Source: Pseudobacteriovorax sp.
Lineage (GTDB): Bacteria > Bdellovibrionota_B > Oligoflexia > Oligoflexales > Oligoflexaceae
DNA length: 10,194 bases
Assembly (NCBI GenBank): GCA_050293845.1
Contig: JBNKNM010000202.1
Span: forward strand, 1 to 10,194
Direction of reading: 5' to 3'
Position 1 is the first letter of the stretch, and the number at the start of each line of letters is the position of its first letter. This document shows positions 1-6,826 of the stretch, piece after piece. The notes beneath the pieces are model-generated. The model saw only the letters and a list, made by a program, of their open reading frames with translations. It was not told where the DNA came from and ran no database searches. The position numbers and the translations under genes are program-made.

Positions 1-576
1 TTTTTCTCTTACTATATACCAATTACTGTTAGGAGAAGTACTCTTTCCTACGTCTAAGGCTGTTAGTACATTGAAAGCTTGATCACCTTCAAAGATTAAT
101 TTAGATCCATCAGTAGCTACTTCTTGTCCTTCATTAGCGTCCCAGGGAGCATGAATATAGGCTTCCAGACATACCAAAGCCGTTTCTACTGCTTCTGAGA
201 AGACACTGTGCATATCCTTATCGTCAGAATAATATTCCAACAAACCACGTCCAAGGTCAGCATCAATAAGAGCACTACTATCATTTCTAAGTGATCTAGG
301 TTGAAAGCTTAGCTTATTCTGGGTGACAAGGATGTGCAAACGTTTTAAGAGATTCTTATAATGATTGATATTGATATTTGTGAGCTTGCCATCTTCACTT
401 TTTTCTAGTGCAAGTGACCCTTCAGTGCCTATTCCGTAATACCTATCATAGCAGAGCTTAATCCTCGAAGCGTACCCACTACGATAAAGCCATTGTTGAT
501 ATTCACTAAACTTGTCTTCAATATTTTGGGCTATCTCTTCAATTGGACCTAAAGCCCAGTATTCATTAAGTTCCAT
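1..576 (-). CDS. Probable phage portal protein, N-terminal 192 aa (3' end outside window; not in the supplied ORF track)
   Basis: My translation from ATG at 576 is open to base 1: MELNEYWALGPIEEIAQNIEDKFSEYQQWLYRSGYASRIKLCYDRYYG...NININHYKNLLKRLHILVTQNKLSFQPRS...WYIVREK. It starts 9 nt after the terL stop, with an AGGT SD-like motif overlapping that stop. The portal call rests mainly on terS-terL-portal synteny and a portal-like helical N-terminus. Confidence 0.75.
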   Translation of the reverse strand, partial: MELNEYWALGPIEEIAQNIEDKFSEYQQWLYRSGYASRIKLCYDRYYGIGTEGSLALEKSEDGKLTNININHYKNLLKRLHILVTQNKLSFQPRSLRNDSSALIDADLGRGLLEYYSDDKDMHSVFSEAVETALVCLEAYIHAPWDANEGQEVATDGSKLIFEGDQAFNVLTALDVGKSTSPNSNWYIVREK

Positions 577-585
577 ATATTTTAC

Positions 586-2046
586 CTATCTATATGATAA
601 TTTCTTTAATTTTTCTTCAAATGCTTCTTTTTTAGGTATCCAGACATCTTCTTTTTTGGGCTTAGGGCGATTATCAGTCTGTTTATCTACAGATCTCAAT
701 CCATATACAATACTCATTAAAGCATCGGCATGTCCTGTAGCTTCATTTCTTTCCCAGTCATTCTTCTGTTTATTCAATTTCTGAGTATTGGCAGTAGTAA
801 TAAGTAATTTGCATGACTTATCTATGATTACATGCTCTTGGTGGAATTCTGTCCTGATAAACTTTAAGGTATCTTCGAATTTATCCTTAATAGGAGTCAT
901 CACAGTATAACCAAGGGCAGCAAGATCTATCTGGGTTTGGGATGGGCAATCAACAACTCTGGTGGTTGTATATTCATCCCATTCACGAAGACTCTCCACT
1001 ATTTCAGGTGTTGGTGTCCTAGTAGAAAAATCTTTCTCTGCTAGTGCTACAACTTTACTATTGTCATGGTCGAATGCTATTAAATGGAAGCAGTAAAGGT
1101 CTCGAACACCACCGAAGTCGCCACAAACGAGATATTTGTACCATTTTTTATGCTCTAGATTAGCAGTGTGGATATTTTCATCAAAAGAAACAGCCATAAG
1201 AGAAGCAGAACGGATTATTTCGCATAAATACTCACGTTGCCATCCTTCATCAGTACCATCATCAATTAATTCATAAGCACGTATTATTTGCTCATCTTCA
1301 AGTTGTGGATTGTCATATATAGTTAAATGGATAAATGAGCCAGCTTTTTCGCATTTGGGCTTAACTACAGATTGAATATAGTGATGGTTATCTTCAGAGA
1401 CCGTAGTAACATGGATTAATTTACCTTCAGATCTTAATAATTGCGGAGATAGGACGTTTTGAACAGCGTTTTTGAATACTTCTGAATTAACAAAGCAGCC
1501 TTCTTCCGTAACGATTAACGTAGCGTTACCGCCACGCTTGCCATGAACATGAGCACTGGCCAGCATACCAACTCTGATCTCACCTAGACCTATCTGCCAA
1601 CGATAATCTGATTTAGTTCTTTTTATCCATCCAGGAGGAGCTAGTTCTTGGAATATCATCATGTTATCGTTGACTATGTCGGTAACTTGTCTTTGAGTTT
1701 CACAAAATATTCTCACAAGCGGTTTACGGTTCTTATGTAGTTTTGCGCAGTGTTCTATAGCGAACGCAAGTATATTGAATGATTTGCCTAGCTGTCTGGA
1801 GCATAAGACTAAATATTCTAGCAAGTTGAGTGATATTATTTCTTGGATCTTACGTTGACCATCATGGAGTAGCCAAGATAAATCGCCTTCAATAAAAGAT
1901 TGGTGAACATATTCACGTAAACTATCATCTTCTTCCATCTCTTCAATGACCTTGCCCAAAAACATTGGATCATTGGCTGGGTTATCTGAATACCAACTGT
2001 GTCGTTCTTTAAGTCTGGGATCTTTGGAGGGATGACAAGAGACCAT
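586..2046 (-). CDS. terL: Phage terminase large subunit
   Basis: Q-motif LLHDGQ, Walker A LCSRQLGKS, RGG followed by Walker B LIVTEEG, coupling motif VTT, TIYDNP and WQREYLCE motifs, and RNase H-like nuclease acidic motifs GDFGG..D, VVD and HADAL..YG. Confidence 0.95.
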   Translation of the reverse strand: MVSCHPSKDPRLKERHSWYSDNPANDPMFLGKVIEEMEEDDSLREYVHQSFIEGDLSWLLHDGQRKIQEIISLNLLEYLVLCSRQLGKSFNILAFAIEHCAKLHKNRKPLVRIFCETQRQVTDIVNDNMMIFQELAPPGWIKRTKSDYRWQIGLGEIRVGMLASAHVHGKRGGNATLIVTEEGCFVNSEVFKNAVQNVLSPQLLRSEGKLIHVTTVSEDNHHYIQSVVKPKCEKAGSFIHLTIYDNPQLEDEQIIRAYELIDDGTDEGWQREYLCEIIRSASLMAVSFDENIHTANLEHKKWYKYLVCGDFGGVRDLYCFHLIAFDHDNSKVVALAEKDFSTRTPTPEIVESLREWDEYTTTRVVDCPSQTQIDLAALGYTVMTPIKDKFEDTLKFIRTEFHQEHVIIDKSCKLLITTANTQKLNKQKNDWERNEATGHADALMSIVYGLRSVDKQTDNRPKPKKEDVWIPKKEAFEEKLKKLSYR

Positions 2047-2052
2047 TATTTA

Positions 2053-2469
2053 TTACTTATTTCCTTTAATGGCTTTGAGAAGACTAGAAGAAGACTTCGA
2101 ATCTGGCTTTTCCAGAGGGTCTTTTGATGGCAGTTCTTCAACTTCTTTAAGACTCGGATACAAGTAAGGCAGTAAGCTTTTTAACGTGCTTATTTTGGCT
2201 TGAACTTGATCATCTGGAAGATTCTGATATTGCAGAATTAATTCCTCAATGATATTAAATCCTGCTTCGTCAAGAGCAAGACGGAACAGGAACGAATTTT
2301 TGTTGCTGGAACCTTTTCGTCTTCCACTACCAGCAGGCTTAGGGCGTGTCTTAAGAGTTTCAGAGCGTTTCTTGTCTGCTGCCATATCCTTTGCCGTTCG
2401 AGTTTTGGTTCTCTTTTTTGGCTTAGCATCTACTTTAGATGACTTTGTCTTGTCCGTAGGTTGCGTCAT
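2053..2469 (-). CDS. Probable terminase small subunit
   Basis: Directly upstream of terL. Basic, disordered N-terminus with a PAGSGRRKGSSNK motif (G-R-x-K-G-S-x-N-K type, DUF5681-like, common in small terminases), followed by a helical region. Confidence 0.75.
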   Translation of the reverse strand: MTQPTDKTKSSKVDAKPKKRTKTRTAKDMAADKKRSETLKTRPKPAGSGRRKGSSNKNSFLFRLALDEAGFNIIEELILQYQNLPDDQVQAKISTLKSLLPYLYPSLKEVEELPSKDPLEKPDSKSSSSLLKAIKGNK

Positions 2470-2689
2470 CGCTTGAAGCTCACTATTTGTGCTAACTCTT
2501 TTACCTCTTCCTTCAAAGCTGCAATTTCTGATTTCTCAGTGGAAGATTTTGCTTTATGTTTATGCTCATATAAAACATCAATAGCGATAGCTATTTGGGT
2601 TAGGGATGCCGGAATCAGAAAGTATGGACGAACCATATCCCGATAAAAGAAACGACGAGAAAGGCTTTTTGGAAGTATTTATCTATCAT
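2466..2689 (-). pseudogene. Small predicted membrane protein split by a frameshift (24-aa ORF 2615-2689 plus 56-aa ORF 2466-2636), or two tiny overlapping ORFs
   Basis: ATG 2689 overlaps the end of the upstream gene and gives MIDKYFQKAFLVVSFIGIWFVHTF*. ATG 2636 in another frame gives MVRPYFLIPASLTQIAIAIDVLYEHKHKAKSSTEKSEIAALKEEVKELAQIVSFKR*, whose TGA overlaps the terS ATG (ATGA). Together they fill the gap in the operon exactly. Confidence 0.55.
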
Positions 2690-2984
2690 TCTTCTTTAGC
2701 TTTTTTTTGGCTGCGATCCGCTGCTTAGCAATAAAAGCAGGTTCGAACACATCATCAAATTTCTGAGGCTTCAAGGACCATGCGGCACGAGCAGTGGCAT
2801 TCGATAGGGTATCTGGAGCACGAGTCAGGGGTTCAAACGATTGAATTCTTCCACCTTCAAAATGGATCTTGAAGCTTTCATATAAAAGACCGGAGTTGCT
2901 GTTTGCACGGCACACAAGGATAGCGTTTCCAGAAATATCGATTGTGGGTTTTTTAGGCTGTTGCTTGTCGTCTTTTCTAGTCAT
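2679..2984 (-). CDS. Phage hypothetical protein (101 aa, basic termini)
   Basis: ATGA overlap with the upstream ORF; co-oriented within the late operon. Confidence 0.75.
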   Translation of the reverse strand: MTRKDDKQQPKKPTIDISGNAILVCRANSNSGLLYESFKIHFEGGRIQSFEPLTRAPDTLSNATARAAWSLKPQKFDDVFEPAFIAKQRIAAKKKLKKNDR

Positions 2985-3229
2985 GCTTTAAAACTCTTTT
3001 CTAAATTTGTTTTGATTTGCTCTGCTGAGGACTCAATCCACTTTTGCACTTCAGATTGATCTGTTAATTTTGCCAACCCCCTCTTATTCCTATGAATCAG
3101 TGATTCTAAATACTTATAAATTGGATCGACATTGAAAGTACTTTGATTTTGAAGCTCTACAACAAGGAACGTCAGCACGATTAGGTACTCCAGTCGACTC
3201 TCGTAAAAGTTAGTAGTTGTCTTAGGCAA
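2981..3229 (-). CDS. Phage hypothetical protein (82 aa, helical)
   Basis: TTG start preceded by GGAG SD (GGAGTTTTTAATTG); stop overlaps the next ATG. Confidence 0.7.
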   Translation of the reverse strand: MPKTTTNFYESRLEYLIVLTFLVVELQNQSTFNVDPIYKYLESLIHRNKRGLAKLTDQSEVQKWIESSAEQIKTNLEKSFKA

Positions 3230-3246
3230 TTAAAAACTCCATTTTG

Positions 3247-3305
3247 TAAAAGACGGATGGCTCCGTTGCAGAGCCACCCTTGAGCCTGATTTGTGGGAAC
3301 CGTCT
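3247..3305 (-). promoter_or_regulatory. Structured intergenic leader: hairpin (possible terminator or attenuator) upstream of the packaging genes
   Basis: The minus strand reads GGGTGGCTC-TGCAACG-GAGCCATCC (3279-3255; 9-bp stem with one G-U pair) followed by GTCTTTT. An outer AGACGG/CCGTCT pairing is also possible (3300-3305 with 3251-3256). Confidence 0.5.
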
Positions 3306-3370
3306 AAGGGCAAGAAAACGTTTCCCTATATACTATTGAGTAGATTTTCCTCACTTTTATTTTTGATAGA

Positions 3371-3640
3371 TCAAAATTTTTTTTCGAAATCTTCCTGAGG
3401 CATTAAAATACAGTGCCGCATGGCATTCCGGTTCAATCGGTTACGAGCATCACGGTTATAGCAATCGCGCTTCTCTTCTACTGATAGAGATTGAAATAGT
3501 TTCGATTTTGGATCAGCATGGTAGTACATACGGAGGAAGTCTTGTAGGTACTCTTTTTCTTCTGGACTGAGTTTGTCCCAATAGTCGATATCTGAAAGAA
3601 AGGCATTGGCCTTGCGGAAGGGTTTCTTATTTTCTTGCAC
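3371..3640 (-). CDS. Phage hypothetical protein (89 aa)
   Basis: GTG start with an AGGA SD. Protein-like composition (DIDYWDKLSPEEKEYLQDF...RDCYNRDARNR); co-oriented with the late operon. Confidence 0.8.
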   Translation of the reverse strand: MQENKKPFRKANAFLSDIDYWDKLSPEEKEYLQDFLRMYYHADPKSKLFQSLSVEEKRDCYNRDARNRLNRNAMRHCILMPQEDFEKKF

Positions 3641-3664
3641 AACTTTCCTATCTAGTTACACATA

Positions 3665-3844
3665 TTAGTTACATTTATTTTTGACTTTCAGGGTGGCAAT
3701 AAGGTTCTTTACTCCTCTGAGGTACGCTGTTCGTTTTTTTGACTCTTCAACCTCTTTTTGACAATCAATTTGAAGTTGCCTTAGTTCAGAGAAAAGTATC
3801 GTTAATTTCTTTTCTTGTTTTTTGAAAAAATCGTCGTCAGTCAT
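3665..3844 (-). CDS. Small coiled-coil hypothetical protein (59 aa; below the ORF-track cutoff)
   Basis: MTDDDFFKKQEKKLTILFSELRQLQIDCQKEVEESKKRTAYLRGVKNLIATLKVKNKCN*. The ATG overlaps the end of the HNH gene and the ORF fills the gap in the operon. Confidence 0.65.
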   Translation of the reverse strand: MTDDDFFKKQEKKLTILFSELRQLQIDCQKEVEESKKRTAYLRGVKNLIATLKVKNKCN

Positions 3845-4256
3845 GCCTTAACCTTTTGAAAGTCCAACCCCCTAAGGATCTGTAGTGTTTCCCAGCCAAG
3901 TGACGAGATAGGTTTCCTTGATCGACACCTAAGGCTTCAGTTGCTGCTTTTTGAGACTCAAAGTAATAAGTCTTTCCTGAAGATTTGTTTATGGCTTCTA
4001 TTGGTCCACTTAGGAGTTTTTTTCTGGTGTTTGATTGGTTCTTTGAATTTTCAGAATAAGTCACATATCGTAAATTTGACATATTATTATTTGTTGGATC
4101 GCCATCGATATGAAGAGTGCAATCCCTTAAAACCCTACTCCTTTCGAAATAACATTTTAAGGGTTGAGTTAGTAGTTTTGAAGAATTGTACATTTCACCA
4201 GGGCTGGTTGAATAGATTTTGGCTAGATCGATTTCTTGAAAGTTTTTTGTTCTCAT
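3837..4256 (-). CDS. HNH homing endonuclease-like protein (HNH_3 motif plus C-terminal NUMOD1/IENR1 DNA-binding helix-turn-helix)
   Basis: LHIDGDPTNNNMSNLRYVTYSEN matches the HNH_3 (I-HmuI-type) pattern. YFESQKAATEALGVDQGNLSRHLAGKHYRSLGGWTFK matches NUMOD1/IENR1. Confidence 0.88.
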   Translation of the reverse strand: MRTKNFQEIDLAKIYSTSPGEMYNSSKLLTQPLKCYFERSRVLRDCTLHIDGDPTNNNMSNLRYVTYSENSKNQSNTRKKLLSGPIEAINKSSGKTYYFESQKAATEALGVDQGNLSRHLAGKHYRSLGGWTFKRLRHD

Positions 4257-4290
4257 ATTGTTGATCCAAAAAGTCTAAAGGCATAAATAT

Positions 4291-4319
4291 ATTTTATCAC
4301 TTTTAGTTGTCTGAACTAA
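4291..4319 (-). promoter_or_regulatory. Candidate leftward promoter (extended -10 TGATAAAAT) with an adjacent inverted-repeat operator
   Basis: Minus-strand TG-A-TAAAAT at 4299-4291, 34 nt upstream of the HNH ATG. Perfect inverted repeat TTAGTT-N5-AACTAA at 4303-4319. Confidence 0.45.
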
Positions 4320-4576
4320 GAAAAAACACTCAATATTTTGGTTCTTTTTGTAATTAGGTATTTTTGTAAAAAGTTATTCAAAAATGGGGGTAGAATGGAG
4401 ACCAATATAACGGAAACTCTTAACCTCTCAATATCTTTTAACTAATAGACCAAATGGAAACCTTCCTCAGTGTAAGGGGGATTTATATGTAAATTGTCAT
4501 GAATTGATCCTGTTTGGTAGAAGTAAAAAAATCATGAAAAAAGTTTATCTTTTTCCCACACAGTCGTCTCTGGATT

Positions 4577-4585
4577 TGATATAAT
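4577..4585 (+). promoter_or_regulatory. Extended -10 sigma70-type promoter for the wHTH-rep operon
   Basis: Perfect TGnTATAAT (TGATATAAT), 51 nt upstream of ATG 4637. No canonical -35 is present, which is acceptable for extended -10 promoters. Confidence 0.65.
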
Positions 4586-4636
4586 AGATATACGAGCCTG
4601 ATTGGTGTTCAAGGTGGATGCCAGAAACGTTTAAAA

Positions 4637-5083
4637 ATGAAACAAGATCTCTTTTATCTGATCGCTCCTAAAAAAGAAGATTCAACTAACGTTCAAAAAA
4701 GCAAACGACGATTAAAAGGTCAACAATTCTACGAATCCGCCTTGAATGAGATTCGAAATCAAACCAATTCTGAAATGTTTAATATTTTTAATATATTAGA
4801 TAATCACATCCCTAAAAATATCATTAAAAATAACAGCCTACGAGTAAAATTCATTGAATATATATCTGTGATGCATGGCTATTTAATGCTTGATGATTGC
4901 AATATTGGAAGAACACCACTAGCTAATAAATTAGAGGTTCCTGTTTGGAAGGCAGTCTCTGTTTTGAAAAAATTTGTTAGCGACGGCTTTCTAATTGATA
5001 CCGGAAGAGTCGAACCTGAATACTGTTCCAAGATATATGGTTTCTCTGATGAAATTAAAGAGAAATTGGAGTGGCTAGTATGA
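4637..5083 (+). CDS. Winged helix-turn-helix DNA-binding protein, paralogous to the wHTH domain of the downstream Rep
   Basis: IGRTPLANKLEVPVWKAVSVLKKFVSDGFLI...KIYGF is a typical wHTH pattern and aligns without gaps to residues 316-354 of the 490-aa ORF. Confidence 0.8.
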   Translation: MKQDLFYLIAPKKEDSTNVQKSKRRLKGQQFYESALNEIRNQTNSEMFNIFNILDNHIPKNIIKNNSLRVKFIEYISVMHGYLMLDDCNIGRTPLANKLEVPVWKAVSVLKKFVSDGFLIDTGRVEPEYCSKIYGFSDEIKEKLEWLV

Positions 5084-6543
5084 CTTTTGTTGATTATCGG
5101 AACAGTGAAGGAATTAGAGCCATCACCACTGACACCAAAGTTTTTCTTGATATGTTTGCCGAAAAAACAAAAAAAGAACCAGGTAGGTGGCTTATCAATT
5201 TTCTTCTCGAAAATGAAACTAAACTATCTAAGGGGCCTTACAAAAGATCTATCACAAAACAATATGGCAAAGAGAGAAATATAGATCAGGCTAGATCGCT
5301 TTTGGAACAGGTTCCAGATGCAACAATGTGGATTTCTCATTATACTTACAGTCAAGGTGTAGAAGTAAAAAACGATTGGGAAGAGCACGCAAAATCATTG
5401 CTTGGGATTGATTTTGATAATCAGCCCTTCGACAATATTTCCGATTTACTTGCTGACTTAGAAAATAGAAATGTGCCAATACCAGATATGACTTTCCATA
5501 GACAAGGTACTAATAATTTTCAACTTTTCTACTCAGGTGATTACTATTTCTGGCTTAAGAAGGGTGGAAAACTTCAATTATTAGAAGCTATTACTGGCAA
5601 ACGTTGGACTAATTACAACAACCCAGTAGAGGTGTTCCACAACGCTGGCATTGATAGTGGGTGTGGAATTTTTAGAGAATATTCACTTGGCTTACAGCAA
5701 ATGCCCATTCCCGGAACTATGAGAAAAGGTACTATGTGGGAATGTCATATAAGTGATTATCCGACACCTGTTCAAGCAACCGATTTTGACAATATCATTT
5801 ATAAAGAAGGTGAAGTTATCCATCTACAGGTCAAAGAAATCACTTCTGACGCCACAAACACTTCTGACGCCACAAACGCTCCTACAGAGCCACTTGCCAT
5901 CGCCAGAATAAGCAAGCGCAATGAACAAGTTAAAGAAATCCTTAAACCATTCTTCAAAGGATCAATCAAATCTCGAAAATTAAAGAAAGCAATCAATTTC
6001 CTAGCGGATAAGTCAGGCTATTTAATGAACGGTGAGGCCGGAATTGGCTGTCAGACATTTGCTGAAGCAATTGACGTGTCATGGCAGACTGCCAACAGAA
6101 ACCTCAAAAAGTTTGTGAAGTTAGGTTTACTCGTCATGGTCGATGATTTTATCTGGAATGGTACTGGGAACAAAGCAAATAGGGTACGTACATTCAAATT
6201 TGGTCCAATTGTAAAGCAAGCCATTCTTAATAAACTTGGTGATCGAGCGTTTGCACCTTCGGATAAAATAAAAAAACTTGTTTCAAGTCTAGGTGAAATT
6301 GCAAAAGAAGATTTTTCGAAAGGGTGCGCATATAGCCAAACAGGGAATAAAATCTCTGCTATGTATCGTTTAGGTTTTTCTAAAAACCATTGTTTGCAAA
6401 CACTCTTAGATCAATTTCGGGACTATAGAAGGCATGATTCTTGGCAATCTATGTGGAATCTAGCAAGGTGGATCAACAAAATATATTCGCAGATGAAGTC
6501 CGAGCCTCTGAAATATCCGGCTGAATGGCTAGAGGCGGCTTGA
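5080..6543 (+). CDS. Putative replication initiator/primase: AEP (RepB'-primase-like) domain, repeat linker, wHTH and C-terminal helical (PriCT-like?) domain
   Basis: AEP-like motif I LLGIDFD, motif II PIPDMTFHRQGTNNFQLFY (compare the RepB' P..v.tS.gNyQ.ww pattern) and motif III-like ID...QQMPIPGT (compare D...R.PGt). wHTH: IGCQTFAEAIDVSWQTANRNLKKFVKLGLLV. The start is moved from GTG 5071 to ATG 5080 because GGAG lies at 5068-5071 and an ATGA overlap with the upstream stop results. Confidence 0.7.
   Translation: MTFVDYRNSEGIRAITTDTKVFLDMFAEKTKKEPGRWLINFLLENETKLSKGPYKRSITKQYGKERNIDQARSLLEQVPDATMWISHYTYSQGVEVKNDWEEHAKSLLGIDFDNQPFDNISDLLADLENRNVPIPDMTFHRQGTNNFQLFYSGDYYFWLKKGGKLQLLEAITGKRWTNYNNPVEVFHNAGIDSGCGIFREYSLGLQQMPIPGTMRKGTMWECHISDYPTPVQATDFDNIIYKEGEVIHLQVKEITSDATNTSDATNAPTEPLAIARISKRNEQVKEILKPFFKGSIKSRKLKKAINFLADKSGYLMNGEAGIGCQTFAEAIDVSWQTANRNLKKFVKLGLLVMVDDFIWNGTGNKANRVRTFKFGPIVKQAILNKLGDRAFAPSDKIKKLVSSLGEIAKEDFSKGCAYSQTGNKISAMYRLGFSKNHCLQTLLDQFRDYRRHDSWQSMWNLARWINKIYSQMKSEPLKYPAEWLEAA
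5841..5876 (+). repeat. Perfect 18-bp tandem repeat (2 x CACTTCTGACGCCACAAA) in the rep interdomain linker
   Basis: 5841-5858 and 5859-5876 are identical and encode TSDATN-TSDATN. A degenerate third-like copy (CGCTCCTACAGAGCCAC) follows. Confidence 0.92.
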
Positions 6544-6553
6544 GATTATTATA

Positions 6554-6775
6554 TTAATCGCTTGACCTGGTGATTTTTTCTATAATTTGACTGCACGTTC
6601 CATTGTATTTGATTTTTCCATTTTCATACAGTTCGTATTTAGAGATGTCCGTCGAAAAATCTTTTATTCCGCTTTTTATTTTAGTTGTTATCTCATCTAA
6701 CGTATTAGATGTAATAAGTACCAGGCCATGATTGGCAACTCTTAATTTGTACCTGAAATTATTATTTTCGCTCAC
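6554..6775 (-). CDS. Hypothetical protein (73 aa)
   Basis: GTG start with an AGGAG SD (TAGGAGAG is duplicated at 6781-6788 and 6792-6799). Convergent with rep, with only 10 nt between the stop codons. Confidence 0.7.
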   Translation of the reverse strand: MSENNNFRYKLRVANHGLVLITSNTLDEITTKIKSGIKDFSTDISKYELYENGKIKYNGTCSQIIEKITRSSD

Positions 6776-6826
6776 TCAATCTCTCCTAACACTCTCCTAT
6801 TTTTATTAAAATAAATCAAATCAATC

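Noticed and set aside
512..784. Plus-strand 90-aa ORF, and similar shadow ORFs at 2249-2476, 2461-2646, 3941-4264, 5291-5479, 5799-5996, 7001-7183, 7690-7926, 9154-9372, 9594-9827 and 9718-9966
   Set aside because: They are antisense to better-supported genes, have no recognisable motifs, and I noticed no convincing RBS.
1495..1525. TerL Walker B reads TEE rather than DE
   Set aside because: EE-type Walker B motifs occur in functional terminases (for example the PBSX/SPP1-like family), so this is not evidence of novelty or inactivation.
2238..2429. Alternative-frame ORFs nested in terS (2238-2429) and in rep (5087-5284)
   Set aside because: TTG starts without a convincing SD and no motifs; there is no lipobox to suggest an embedded spanin.
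3255..3279. Hairpin with a 7-nt loop as a possible tRNA anticodon arm
   Set aside because: No D arm, T arm or acceptor stem is present, and the loop lacks U33.
3653..3673. TAGTTACA direct repeat (3653 and 3666)
   Set aside because: Only two short AT-rich copies, one overlapping a stop codon; I cannot distinguish it from a local duplication or chance.
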